A stretch of 64,000 nt of DNA from Selaginella moellendorffii (lineage: Eukaryota; Plantae; Lycopodiophyta): assembly GCF_000143415.4 (NCBI RefSeq), contig NW_003314286.1, positions 1,735,718-1,799,717 on the forward strand, in the 5' to 3' direction. The notes under the pieces were generated by a model. That model was not told the DNA's origin. It worked only from the letters and a program-made list of their open reading frames with translations, and made no database searches. The position numbers were made by a program, and so were the translations under genes. Shown in pieces: positions 32,351 through 46,689 of this stretch (its first letter is position 1; each line of letters starts with the position of its first letter).

Positions 32351-35300
32351 GGTATATCCAACTTCCCTATGCCATTAAGAAGGTTTGGGTAGCTACCTTC
32401 TACCCGCTTAACCAATTATTTTGCACCTCTCGCTTAGTTGCCTCATAGTTGTCAAGTCCTACAACTCATTGCTGGTGCTTCCACACCTCCACCATTATCT
32501 GGGTCACCACAATTCAATTACATGCTCTGCAGCTTAGGCTATTGCATTCCCATTTCCATTGGGATTCCCTTGGCAAGGGGTTCTCATGAACCCACCAACA
32601 TAGCCTCAAGGTATCACACCTTGGCACCTTTGGTGTCTCCACACCATTGGCTCCACGAGCCTACCTCTATGACACTTCTTCTTTGTGTCTAAATCTTTGC
32701 CAAGACCAATACCGCTCTTTCTTATGCCAACCATCCGTTAGCACTGCACCATAGAGGTCACACACAACTTTGTATCAAAGTTGTTTTCTTTTGGGAACAC
32801 CTTTCCCACAACTTTAGTATGGCACATTTTGCCATCGATGAGATACCCTCTGTTCTCATCCTTGGATCCTATGGTCCCCCCCATCCTTTGTGGGGTACAA
32901 CACACCTCAGACAAAATGCTTCCATTAATCCTTTAGGACCATCCCTTGACTCTACTTGAGTCATCTAGCAGTTTTGGACTTGGTTAATCCACAGACCTGT
33001 AATGTCTTACTTGTCGGGCACTACCTCACTGGAATACACTTCTTGCATTCATGTCCTCACTCACAAGGACTATTTTCACAAGTGTTACTCTGACACTTGA
33101 TTTTGTTCTCTGGGGCAACCTTTGCCCCTTAGGACTACTTGTCCATGTGATGAGAGTACCAACTCACCTCTAAGTACACCCCCCAACTCCTTGGGTTGTT
33201 CCAGCATTTATTAAAGGTAGCCCTGGCTACCATTTCAAGGACTAGAGTCCTCTTCCGTATTTGACCTCCCACGGTCATTATTTCTGGTCTCACATTCATG
33301 AGCACCAACCTCAACTATATGAGGATAATCTTGTGACTCCTTTATTGCTTTGGAGTCTTTATCTTTCCCGTGATCCCAACTATAGTTGTTTACCACAACT
33401 ACATTAGCCAGTTTGCTAAGTCAAATGCTCATCTGGATCACATCCTCAACTCTCTGAGGAAAACCATATACTATTCCCAAGATCCCAAAGTCGTTCCCTT
33501 ACTGGCCCCTTTTCTATCCACCACATCGTGCCCAAGTTCATGCATGAACTCGAGTGGAGAGCCATGTCCTCTCGACGTGCTACTCCTCAAGGATAGGCCC
33601 ACTCCTAGGACCTTCCGATGCCAATATCAATGGTGATATACTTGAGCACCAATAAAAGTTGGACTAAGGAACAGTTCCGATACCAAGTTGTAAGCGACTA
33701 CTTTTTCCATTCTATTTTAGTCACTTAACCATACCTCCGACCACTTGGAGGAGTCTCATTCACAACCTCCATAAGTCCAATTCAGGACTTGGGACTTGCT
33801 AGCCCCAAGAATGGCATCCATGCCACTCAACACTTGCACCTAGTCCAAGTGCTCCATGTGTCCGGTCCCAAGACTGACACCCAAAGATACCACTGACATA
33901 TTAGCCCGTTACGCTAAGGCCATGCCCATTCACCTTTGCTGCACTAGTGGTCCAATACCACTTGCATCACAATCCCGTCTCTCCAAGACTGGGCCATCCG
34001 TCCACGAGTGGTCATCCTAGATCCACTCCTTAGCATCCTTAGGATGCCCATAGACCTGGGGATAGCCTTCCCCAAAGTCTCTTTGACAGTTCCTACCAAG
34101 TCCCTTTTCTGTCCATGGCCATGTTCGCCAACACTGCCACTTGATCAAGGCCCACAGGCCCGACCACTAAGTCCCATGGTCCTCTGGGACTTCCTCACCA
34201 TGTGACTATATCCTTAATCACTACACTAGAGGATTGCTCTTCCTCCTTTCCCCTATTTGGGACTCATGGACAACATTTCGGAACACCGTGGGCCTACGTG
34301 AGCCCCGTGAGTACTCTCCCCACCTTCCGCCTTTAGGTGCTCTAGCCATGGGCTTAGAGCGAGGTTCCATTGAGCCACGCCTGGTATCCAAGTAGGTAGT
34401 GCCACCCACACTTGGACTGGGAGCATCGGCCAGTCGATCTCCCGGGGGAACTAAAGCCGGCTCTTGAACACTTCACCAAGCTACCCCGCTTGTCGGTCCA
34501 AGTTCACTCTAGTCTTGGATTCCCAGTGGTCAGTTCATCACCCAACACTGGGTCTGGCCTTCCTGGGCCAAACTGGCCTTTCCTGGCCAAACTGGCTCCA
34601 CTGCAGTCCTCCCCCTTACTATACTTTTAGAGCTCACCAAACCCCCCCAGGGTCTGGGAGACAAACGCTTTGGGCTTTCACCCTCTCAGACTTGGACTCG
34701 GACTCGGACTCGGACTTGGACTTAGGCTCAGTCTCGGCCTCCGCCTCGGTCTCATCTCGGTCCCGGTCTCGGTCTCGGTCTCGGTCTCGGTCCCAGTCTC
34801 GGTCCCGGTCTCGGTCTTGACCTCGGACTCCATCTCAGGTCCTTCTCAAACTCCATCTCAGATTCCATCTCGGGTCCATCTCGGACTCCATCTCGGACTC
34901 CACTTCGGGTCCATCTCAGACTCCATATCGGACTCCATCTCGGACTCCGTCTCGGACTCCACCTCGGACTCCATCTCGGACTCCTCCACGTGTCATGTGT
35001 TGGTCCTTTTGGGTCCCTTTTTGGAGCCTCGCTTATTGCTCGCTTCGTGCTTGTTCCTCGAGCACTTTGTTGGGAGTTCCACTCCCGCTCTCGACCTTTC
35101 AAGTCGGAGCTTTTAGTCCAAACGTGTTACGGGGATTTTGTGTCTCACACTTTGAGACAATGTGATCTCTCATAATGTTGTGCTAGTTAAAAAGTGTCAT
35201 CAAAGGTGGCAGTAGCAAGTGCATGCACAAGTCTCACGAAATCTTGAAGAACCACTAACCACATTCCTAATTTGATTTGCTCCAACATATTTGGCTCTAC

Positions 35301-36499
35301 ACAAAGTAACAGGCTCTGGAAGCAAACACCAAATTACATTATTGACTTAGATAGTGTATAATTAAAATGATGCAATTGTTAGAAGGGTATTATCATAATT
35401 ATCAACATGTCCAAATGCACACTTGAAGATATTTGGGAGAATATTCTAATTCGCACAAGTGGTTGCACTTAAACCATTGTACCATTATAATGCCATCCCT
35501 TAGAAACACATAGGAAACTCATGTAGATGCCAAATATCATCCTAAGAATAATAAATGGCAATCACTATAAAGTGATTGAATCAATAATACATATCATCCT
35601 TAGGTTTCCCATAGAAGAACTTTTAACCATACATTGTGATGCCACCATCAATTAATTTTGATTATTCAATTACAACCACATAGCATTGAGCAATTGCATT
35701 AATTGCTACTCTAAAGTCAAAAGAGGAGGTTACTGCCCTACTAAGGAAAAAAATAAAAATGAAAAAAGAAAAAATTGAAAAATTACAAGAAAAAAAAGAT
35801 TTAGATGATATAAAAGCTAGATCTAAATTAAAAGCACAAATTTAAACACTTGTTAAAGACAATTGAAGTTGCCCCTCGCTTCCACTAATGTAAGTGCATA
35901 GAATATGAAAATAGAACACAGATATATAGCCCAAAAACCCTAGCTTTTTTAAAGGAGCAAGTGATCTAGATTAAAACCAACTCGATCTTTATCAAAATCC
36001 TACTATGTTAATATTAGTATATGGCATCATAGCCATACACTTGGACCTCACACTAGTATATTTTATCATCTAATGATTGATACATTTTTAGATTAGTCTT
36101 GTATTTATATAAATTATAAGCATATTTATAAACATTTTTAAACACCTTCTAGCTTATTCTACCAATTATTGGTTTATTTGAAATTAACTAATTATGTATG
36201 TATCAATTGTAAACATATTTATAATTTATAATTTTTATTAAACATATTAATCCTTTTTATTATTGTTTCTCCAACTTCACTATTGGTGCAATATTGCCTC
36301 ACTCAAAACTAAATTTTCTAGAGCTAGTTAGGATTATATAAGGCTTATCTCGAAAGGGCAAACTTGCTTAAACAAGCAATTGCTCAACCAGTATTACGTA
36401 ACAAGCAAAGGTATAATTGGTGTAAAACTCCTTTGTGAATATTGAATAGTGAACATTTAGCAATTTTCAAATAAATTTAAACTCATAAAATGAGGCCTA

Positions 36500-37665
36500 A
36501 TATGGTACTTTGGTAAACAAGAGTCAAAGTAAGGATGTAAAAAGTGGACAAGAATTTCACCATTTTAGATATAATAGATTCGATGTGATCTTTAAGATAA
36601 ATTGATTCAATTAATTTATGGTAGCCTTCCATAAATAAGGTTGGTGGTATTAGCAAATGATCTAATGTGGAGGCTTAAGATTTAAATATATGGCAAAGTA
36701 TGTCTAAGAACTCTTGTTTAAATTTGGTATTCACAAAAAGTCAAGGTATTAAGGCAATATTTTTATATTTACTCTTGATGGGAATTGACAAAAAAGGGAA
36801 CCAAAATTTTTTTTTTAGTAATTTAACAAGTATTTAACAAATTTCGACATGATACCAAAAGAATTTCTAGTATTACTACGTTCTCCTTGATCAATAAAAT
36901 ATAAAATTAAATTGGTTAAGGGGGCTAAAGTAGTGGTCTATTGCTCTATCAAATAAGAGCTCAAAGAATTTAAATACCAATTTAAGGAGTTGATCAATAA
37001 AAGGTATGTTTAATTGAGCAACTTGTTATATAGGGTTTTAATATTATTCGTAAAGAAAAAATATGGGTGTATATGAATGTGTATAGATTATTGGTTTCTC
37101 AACAAATATATAAAAAAGAATAAATACCCTTATTAAAAACTTATTTGATAGGCTGGGAAAGGCAAAACACTTTTTATAAATTGTCTAAGGTTAGGATATT
37201 ACCAAATTAGAGTAGTGGAGGATAATGTTGAAAAGATAATTAAGGTATAAAAATTTGAGTTCTTAGTTATACTCTTTGGATTGTACAATGTTCTAATGAC
37301 AATCTTAGCACTTATGAACTACATTATTGTATTATATCTAGATCACTTTATAGTTGTTTTGATGATATCCTAATTTATAGCAAGATGCTAAAAGAGTATG
37401 TTGAGTACTTGATAAAGGTGTTTAAGAAAATAAGAGAACATAAAGGGTCTAAAAAGAGCTAAATGTAACTTTACTCATCAAGAAATAAAGTTTTTCAAGT
37501 ATGTAATCGGCAAAAACAAAATCAAAGTAAACCCCAAAAAAGTCCAAGTGATCTAAGAATGGGAGTAATATCAAATATATATGAATTAAGGGCATTTTTA
37601 AAATTATACAACTACTATCAAAAGTTTATCAAATGTTATTTAAGATTTGTGTTACCCTTGATGGA
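36500..37665 (+). mobile_element. Heavily AT-eroded PR-RT fragment of family A; continues at 45066-45125
   Basis: Colinear with A pol (remnants of FTILD..FDVIF, KNKYP, DDILIY). The host reading ..LPLTD|QT..MVWTAECE resumes after element C. Confidence 0.8.
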
Positions 37666-40600
37666 TGTAGTGTAGGTTTTTACCCTTTATACTATGGTGA
37701 TTTACAAAGGACAGTGGTGTGGAATCTGAGTTTCAAGGCCTTGGGCTATTGAATGAAGGAATGGTGCTAACCTCCCAAGTATGGAGCCAAGGAGTGATGA
37801 AACTGAACCACGGAGCAACTCCTGAGCATACAGCCCAAGGAGTGAAAGGATAGGAGCCTAGAGCAACTTGGAATAATCCTATAGTAACTAGCAACCCAAT
37901 GTTAGGGCTAGCACGCAAAACATAGCCAAACAAAGTCTAGTGTTATTTTAGCATACCAGTGGCCTAATGCGAGGATATGAATATTCCACCAGCTAGCATG
38001 GTGTGGAGCTTGGGCTTAGACCCAAGCCAGATGCAGAACAAGGACAGACACGCAAGCAAGAGTTAAACTATGCCTCAGATTGGTTGGCCATGCTCAACTT
38101 ACTCACTATCTTTATTATACATTTGGAACCCCCTACAGCAGCTCCCCCCCCCCCTTAAGTAACACATGCTTTGGGCTTTCACCCTAAGCCTCCCTTAGTA
38201 CCAAGAGTTAATCTTTGAAACAAGCTCAAAACTTACTAAATATAGAATGTTTTTATATTGCAAATTTGGATATGAGATAAACACTATTGTGTTCAAAACA
38301 ATCTCTACATTCCATAGATATGCCAAATAAGCAAATCTAGACACTTTCCATAAATAGCATTTGGGACCGGAGTGAGACTAACACAAAGGGCATGATAGCA
38401 AGGGTGTTTGGCAAACACAGTAAGCTATCATTCAATGATATTAAGGGACTAGTCTCAATACACGAAGGTTCTTGTTAAGCCAGTGCAAGATAAAGCAAAA
38501 GAGAACTAACAGGCCAAACTAAATATGCTTGGATAAATAAATACTTAGGAATTCCTTCTTTATGCTCATCTGGCCAAGTATAGATGCAAACTCTAGTTTA
38601 CTAACACTTGAACAAAAGGGATTAATAAAGGGTCCAATAATACTGATCTCCTGCCGTCGTGGTAGTAATGAAAGAGTGTCTGTAAAAACTGGCCGATAGG
38701 TAACTTTCGATACCTGAAGTCACATTTGCGACACTCTCCCCCCCCCCTAGGGAAGATCGACGTCCTCGTCAATGCATACTTGAGTCTAGAATACTGCCAA
38801 GGAAACAACTCTAGAAAAAGTTTACAGTATTCACACTATGTGAGAAATGCACCAACTTAAATGAGTTGGGAGGCAATCTCTTTGTCTAATGCGAATGCGC
38901 TACTAGCTCAGACACCTTCCAGTTGTCGCTGACAAGGAAATGACCAAAGGAGTCAGCCACCCTTGCTATTTTGTATGTTACCCAGCTTACAAAAGTGTGA
39001 TACACCCCTGCCCACAGGGATATAGAGAGAGAAGCCAGAGGCCTCAACCCTCCTGAGCAAAGAAACCAAACCTGTCGGTAAGGTTTAGATAGACTACTGT
39101 AAATAGGCAATTATAATTGTTTACATAGTCACGCCCTTTTAAAAAAATAAGGAACATCGACAAAGAGGTAGGTGATGTGACCAGTCGATAGTATCTACCC
39201 TATGACTAAAGATTTCACCATGCACACGAAATGCCAAAGCCAAGCTGCCTATATTGGCCCAAACTCAAAAATCAATAGAGAGACAATGATATCTTAGAGA
39301 CTTAATTATCGGTGAATAACTTTTAGATTAAAACACAAAAGTATTCTAAATAATTTATCATCTGATAAACTAGTATTAGAGTTAGCATGTTTGGAAAACA
39401 TAGGATTCACTATCCAACAAAATTCAATAGTCAATGTATCATCAAGAAAAAACACAATGATAAAGCTTAACTACCAAAGATTGTAGATAGCATGCTAAAC
39501 AACTTATAAAACACAGCTGAAAGAACACAAAGTATCATTGACTAATAAGCACACTGCTCGCGAATGTATCATCTGAAGGAAATAACATTCTAATTTATCA
39601 AAACCAACTATAATAACAATTAACAAAACAGAATGAATATGGCAAGACCAACAAACACTCGTTCATTCCAATCATCACACTAGCTAATTTAAAAAGATCC
39701 CAGTCAACAATACCAAGAAACCAAAGTTGTTCAAACAAGCATCAGCAACATCCTATTGATGTCTCAATCCCAAGAGACCATAGAGCAAACCACAAAGAAA
39801 ATGTGGTATTGCAAAAAGCTATAAGCTATTAAAGAGAACAGCTAACTAGCATAAAATATTATCAATCATCCCATCAATAAAGAGATGCATAATCATTGTT
39901 AAAGAAAGAATCTACCATCCCAAAGAACGACAAATTATTCCAAATCAACAACAATCAAGCAAAACCTTTGACAAGGATAATTAACTATTCTAGATGATAG
40001 TCAATCATTACGAATGATTGCCAGATGCAAATACTAACTTCAACATCAAAGCTAATAAGCCAAAATGCCTTCCCCAACAACTTCTAACAAATGGAACATT
40101 AAGCATGAAAACTCAAGAAACCAAAAGCTCGAAAAAGTTTATAGCTAAATCTTGCCTAATAATGATCACAAATCTTGCATAAATTAATTTCAATACTAAA
40201 GAAGAAATCATGGCATAATCCATAATATCCTCCTCAACACATCCATAAGCTAAACTTCATAATGCAAGCTAAGAAAAAGCATATCTGCATCAATCCAAAA
40301 GCTAAACATAATAAAGCTATGCTCAACAAGTGATTATCAAATGATCCTCCATGAATCCATTTATAGCAAGACGTAACTCACTTTATAACAAGCACAAGAA
40401 AAATCATTAATGATCAATATATTCCAACTCAAATCTAATAAAGATTTAAACATTCCAATATCAATCACTAACTTTTCCTCTCGTAGAGCTAGCATAGTCC
40501 ACGACTAAATCACTTTTTCAAGGAAAAGCTAAAACTCAACCCATACTAAATAATCCCGTCTAGAATATAACTAATTCAAACTTGCTACTCAATTCATTTG

Positions 40601-43600
40601 AACGTCAATACAGTTGTTAATTAGCAAATGCACGAATGCCAACAACACAAAGTTATGGCCCAAGTCTCAAGACTATTGGCATCGAGACTAATGAAACTTA
40701 ATATCAATCCTATGGAGAGACATCTCGTCCCACTTAAATCTCAATATCAACATTGTCAATGACAAAGCATCACTTCAATGTCATAGACACCAGAACAAAG
40801 CTAAAAGGAAGCAAGAGTGAATCACCACTCAAAATTCTTTAGCAACTAAGCTAATCAAAGTTGAAGATACTTTATTTAGTATCCGAGACTAATCCTTCAA
40901 CAATACTTAGCTACAGATAAACATTATCAAGGAGTGATTCACTACATCCAAGACTCAATGAAATTCAACACCACAGACTAAACGCAACCAAACGATATCG
41001 ATAGAGGTATAGTCAATATACTAATATGAAAAAACCATGTAAGCCACGACACGATCCTCCGCAATACCATCCAATAAAGCAAGCCCATCACTATTAAATC
41101 ATCATTCAATGAAACAAGTGTCAAATAGTCCTCGACAAAGTATACAAACAATCACTAGTTACAAAGCAACCAATAATCACTCTTCAACTTGCCTTCACAA
41201 GACCCAACACTAAACTCATATTATCGAGTCATATACTCATCCAACATGAACGTAATACCTCAAGTACAAGATAAAGGTTCATGGACAAGTATAACTAAAT
41301 GACCACTCGAATCCAACTCAACCATAATAAGCTCACTAATGCATTTAACCACTAGCTTTGAATATGCCTTGAAGAGGCTACTTATGCATAATCAACACTT
41401 AGTCGAAACTAAAGTGAAGGCCATGAGATGGACTCATATCGATACACAACCTCCTCATAAACATAGCTATAGTATGGGTACCAACATCTCAACCGCAAAC
41501 AACTAAGTTGAACATCACTATCCTCAGCTAAGGTGCAAAGCTACTATAACCAAGTCAAGATCGGTGAGAGCTCACTACTTTCATAGAGTTTAACAAAATG
41601 CAAAATGCAATCTACCACCAAGCACAACACTATAAAATAAAGGCACAAAAGTCACCTTTCTAGAAAAGTGCACTAGCCACTTTTTTACACCAACTCCAAA
41701 CTCTATTTAACTCAATTGCCTTAGCCCCAAAAGTCAGCATCCTTTTTGGGCGCATCATATAAACTATTCACTAAAGTCTAAGCTAACTGAAGTCAACTCT
41801 AACCCCTTCACTAGTTTGTATTGACTTACAAAAATGTGGTTTTCGAATAAAATAATCAATAGATCAACCATTGGATAAGTTTAAGAAAATGTGTGGAAAT
41901 TTTCCCATCCTAGAGAAAGAATGACTCTCAATCTAGAAATGCAAACATTCAAGACTCAACCAACTTCCTCCTACTAACAACTTCACATAAATTCACCTCA
42001 ACACAAATTCTTAAGACCCATAGTATACTTAAGCTTTGAACATCTTTACCCATTTTTCCAATATTCAATATCGACATCCATAAAATGCAAAATGAACATC
42101 CAAGGCTTGATCACAAAGACCACATCTTCGGATATCCATATTGCACTAACACTCTTCTTTAACCATTTTCAAGATCCAATGTGAAGCCAAAACACAAATA
42201 AGAAAAATGATATGAAAAATCAAGCTCTAAGGAAAATTCCTCATCACTCGAAATAACAATGCCACTTCCACTAACACAAGTGATAGCGATATCAATGCCT
42301 TAACTACACACCTTCTCCATCCAAAAATTTACTCCAAGTGCTAACGGATAAACTAACAAGTCACAGCAAGTTAAAGTTATAACCTTTTCCAACATCACAA
42401 TGGGCAAACCCTCAAGAAACTAAGGAATCAACTTAAGCTTAGCATAATGGACCATCATTGAGAATCCAGTCAAAACTACTACAATGCTATTATATATAAG
42501 TAGATTAGCTTCACCATCAACCACTTTGAGGTTGATCATTATTTACCCAAGCAACTTCATAAACACATTGCTCATTATCACATGGATATAATATAAAATC
42601 ACAATGACTTGATTATCAATTAAGCAATACCACGAGCAATGCTAATGTCATTACTTCAAAGGTTTATGTGAATATCAAGTGCCAACTTGATTCGATATAA
42701 TGCAATATAAATGCCACACTCCACCAATAGAGATTTACAAGACCTAACACCACTAACTTTTGTTCACAACACAGACAAACTCATGCCACTCTCTTTCCGA
42801 CCAAACTCAAAATTAATCCAACACCAAACTACTCAAGGAGTAATAGCAAGGTTTCCTGAAAAGAATTGAGCATTGCAACCCAAGTCTTATAGCAAGTTTA
42901 GACAAAATGGTTTAGCATTTCACCACTATCCATCCCATGATTCACCATTTGCAAGACCATCATTTCCAACATGCATCAAGGGAGGGACTTTTAATTGCAT
43001 AATGTTAACACGGTAATGAGTCACACCTCGTTGTGAATCAAAAAGTATATATTTAATCCTTCGTCCTTGATGACTCTCTTTTTGGTCTCATCTTTGACTA
43101 AACCTCAAGCTTGTGTTCACACTGCCTTCAGTCCAATCCAAAAAAAGTTTATAAGAGAGCATGGCAATGACTACTTGATGCTTTATTTCGTTAAAGTGGG
43201 ATTTTTCATTATCCCACTTATGGTGTGTGGCCACATGCCATTTTTATAACAACAATAAAAAATTGAAGTTTTAACTTTATAATTTATAAATTAAAAACTT
43301 TTCATATGATTTTGTGTTATAATATTGTGAAATATAAAAAAATAAATTAAAAAACTGATAGAAATATTAATAAATATTAATTAAGTTCTAGGAAATGGCA
43401 TGTGGACACATGCTAATTAATGTCCCACTTTACTGAATAAGTCCCACTTTAACGAAATAAAGCATCTTGAACCAATAGACTATTCCCTACAGTCTTTATC
43501 GATCCATTTATAATCATGCTTAGGAAGGATCCACTAATGCCATGCTAAATAGATATAGACCAGCCTATTTGCCACTCATAACACACCCAGGGAAGGTTTA

Positions 43601-45065
43601 CTTCTACTCACATATATGGAACAACTCATGGAACAACCGATAGGCTAACATTAATCTTGCTAACTCAAAGTGTAACCTTGAGTTGCTAATGTGCCTCACT
43701 TATGAGCCCAAGCGTAAACTCGTGCTAATAGAGCATCTTAATCCATCTTATGAGCCCAAGAGCAAGCTCACATAATATGGTACAAAAAGGTAACCAAATC
43801 CATACCTAAGGAATGATTGCAAAGTCTTTGCACCCAAACGTGTACCCACTCAGATCATCGTTTTCATCTTTGCATATGCAATAAGACTAGTTGCCCAATC
43901 TCATTGGATAGTACTTGTTGAGACGTATCCTCTGATACCAAATGTAGCACATATGGTTTTTACCCTTTATCTTATGATGATTTACCATAGGATAACCACG
44001 GAAAAACCCTCTATATGCCACATGACACATACCATATGTCCAAAGGACAATAGTGCAGAACCCGAGTTTCAAGGCCTTGGGCCACTAAACAAAGGAATGG
44101 TGCCAACCTCCCAAGCATGGAGCCAAAGAGTGATGAAACCAAACCATAGAGTAACTCCTGAGCATACAGCCCAAGGAGCAAAGGGACAGGAGCCTGGAGC
44201 AACTTAGAATAATCCTAGAGCAACTAGCATCCCAATGCTAGGACTAGCATGCAAAACAAAGCCAAACAGAGTTTGGCATTATTTCAACGTATCAATGGCC
44301 TAATGTGAGGATATAAATACTCCACCAGCTAGTATGGTGTGGAGCTTGGGCTTATACCTAAGTCAGACGCAAAACAAAAACAAGCACGCAAGCGGGAGCT
44401 AAACTATGCCTCAGGTTAGTCAGCCATGCTCGACCTACCCACTACCCACTATCCCTACTATACATTTGAAACCCCCCCATCCCCCCTTGAGGAACACATG
44501 CTTTGGGCTTTCACCCTAAGCCTCCCTTAGTACTAAGAGTTAATCTTTGAGACAAGCTCAAAACTTACTAAATATAAAATGTTTTTATATTGCAAATTTG
44601 GATACGGGACAAACATTATTGTGTTCAGAACAATCTCTACATTCTGTAGATATGCCAAATGAGCAAATCTAGATACTTTCCATAAATAGCATTTAGGACC
44701 GAAATGAGATTAACACAAAAAGCATGATAGCGAGGGTGTTTGGCAAACATGGTAAGCTATCATTCAACGATATTAAGGGATTAATTTCAATACACAAGAG
44801 TTTTTGTTAAGCCAGTGCAAAATAAATCAAAAGAGAACTAACAAGCCAAACCAAGTATGCTTGGCTAAATAAACACTTAGAAATTCCTTCCTTATGCTCG
44901 TTCGCCCAAGTATAAATGCAAAGTCTAGTTCATGAACATTTGAACAAGAGGGACTGATAAAAGGTCCAACAATACAGACCTTCTACTATCGTGGCAGTAA
45001 GGAAAGAGTGTCCGCAAGGATTGGTTGATAGGTAACTTTCGATACCTAAAGTCGCATTCACAACA
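37666..45065 (-). mobile_element. Element C: decayed LTR retrotransposon, probably Ty1/copia
   Basis: LTRs 43942-45065 and 37666-38733. PBS TGGTATCAGAG at ~43939-43929, and PPT GGGGGGGGGGAGAG next to 38734. Faint remnants lie in copia order: W-MDSG (~42935), FLDGEGV (~42320), EEDI (~40230), AAWL (~39245). No intact ORF. Confidence 0.7.
43177..43466. mobile_element. MITE (~290 bp) with perfect 25-bp TIRs inside element C
   Basis: gatgctttatttcgttaaagtggga ... tcccactttaacgaaataaagcatc, with an internal inverted block (ccacatgccattt / aaatggcatgtgg) and an AT-rich core. Flanked by tt on both sides. Confidence 0.85.
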
Positions 45066-45169
45066 TCAAACAAAAAAAAAAAGGAAAATAGTATGGATAG
45101 TAGAATGCGAAGTGGTATTTTATATTATATATGATCATGGGATGAGAGTTAAATATAACGTTGGGGGGT

Positions 45170-46380
45170 AAATAGGGATAAAATAACCACTAAAGGCTCT
45201 CTCATGAAATAATTACCTCTTTTCCAATTAGTTTAAGGGGAAATAAATAGAGTGTGTTACATTTGGTATTAGAGCAAATGATAGGGGTTCAATTTTTATT
45301 GATTAGTGACTACTTAAAATATAATATACACTTGAGCAAGGTATATTTCTACCCCTAAATTTGAAATTATACATATTATGCATCCATGTATATGCCCGAA
45401 CATCTACGGACAAAGGTATTCACACAATAGCTAGTTTACACAATGCAAGAATCGATACACGGACAAAAGTATTCACACAATAGCTAATTTACACAATGCA
45501 AAAATTGATATATTTAATGTGGAAATAGAGGTGTTAGTACCCCTTGGCTCAATAAAAGCCACATAATAATTAGTCTATATAATGAAAGAATTTGTAGATT
45601 TAGTGTGAAAATGAGGATATTAACTCCCTTTGGAAGAATTGATAAATTTAGTGCGGAAATGAAAGTGTTGATTCCCCTTAAGTTATTAAGCAATAGTCAA
45701 TAAAAACATTAACATCTCTAAAAAAGGGGTGAATGTAATGCATATTATCATGGGTTGAAATTTGGATATACTATCATTGTGAATCTTTGAAACTTTAGAA
45801 AATAAATGGGGATAAAATAGCCAGGTTGGATAAAGGATGCAAGGTCATTGTTTAAATAGTTGTTTTACTTCTCACCACTAAAGGATTTTTAATTAAGTAA
45901 TTACTTTTTTTTAGTTAGTTTAAGAGGTGATCATAGGATAAGATTTGAATATATTGTCATCATGGATTTTTATCCTTTGAGGGATAATGTAATCCTGAAT
46001 TTAAACTTCCCAAAACATTTAACCAATTGAAAAAAGGGGTGCACTCTTATTTATAGATCTTTTCCCTCTATATTTAAACTTTATGGATCACATTTGAAAT
46101 TGTTATTTTTTGTTGCTTATAAATCAATGAGGATAAAATAGTCACTAAGGGCTCTCTTATCAAGCAATTACTCTTTTTTCAGTTGGCTTAAAAGGATGAT
46201 CATAGAATAAAATTTAAATATATTATCACTATGGATCCTTAAAACCTTGGGGGATAAATAAAATTACCACCACTTATCAAATAATTAACTTAAAAGTATA
46301 TTATCACTATAGATCCCTAAAACCTTGAGGGATAAATAAAATAGCCACTGGCTTAAAAAAATATATTATATATTTATCCA
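45170..46380. repeat. AT-rich decayed repeats, including gggataaaatagccact units, a ~53-bp tandem duplication (~45406-45510) and an LTR-end/PBS remnant (~45255-45275)
   Basis: Recurrent units at ~45171, 45805, 46128, 46250 and 46330; tgttacaTTTGGTATTAGAGC. Confidence 0.55.
45988..46121 (-). mobile_element. Degenerate solo LTR of the Cassandra-type TRIM, with most of the 5S-like segment deleted
   Basis: tgtaatcctgaatttaaacttccc..aaaaaaggggtgcactctta..tttccctctatattt..ttgcttata aligns with 49728-49910. Confidence 0.7.
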
Positions 46381-46689
46381 CCTTAAAGGGAAATTGAAAA
46401 AAAGCTTATGTACCAAGTTTGGTAAAGACTTCAAGGTAAAAAGATATGCATTAGGTTTTGTATTGGATGCAATTCTTAAATAAAACAATCACTTAATTCT
46501 TGAAAAAGTTGGATGAAGCTCTTTGTCGTTAGTTAAAAACTACTTTCTAACCATTATTGCTATTTAGAGTCTTCATGAAACCTCAATATTCACTATTGAC
46601 TGATTTACATGAGCAACAATATATTTTGTCAATCAGTTTTATTCAATGTTTATAAATTGCGTTTGATAAATGGAGATGAGGTCTGTCTG

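Larger units (their letters stand above)
18671..35149 (-). mobile_element. Element B: non-autonomous LARD-like LTR retrotransposon
   Basis: LTRs 33689-35149 (5') and 18671-20104 (3'), termini TGTGAG..CTTACA. TSD CTTTG at 18666-70 and 35150-54. PBS TGGTATCGGAA at 33685-33675, and a PPT next to 20105. No recognisable gag/pol ORF inside. Confidence 0.9.

Noticed and set aside
28313-33688. Extra coding capacity (env-like or other) in the interior of B
   Set aside because: Only short, stop-riddled ORFs. A decayed gene cannot be excluded without a family consensus.
19393-35175. Ser-Asp, Arg-Ser and Leu-Gly repeat ORFs in the LTRs
   Set aside because: By-products of stop-free 6/12-bp tandem repeats, open in several frames and on both strands.
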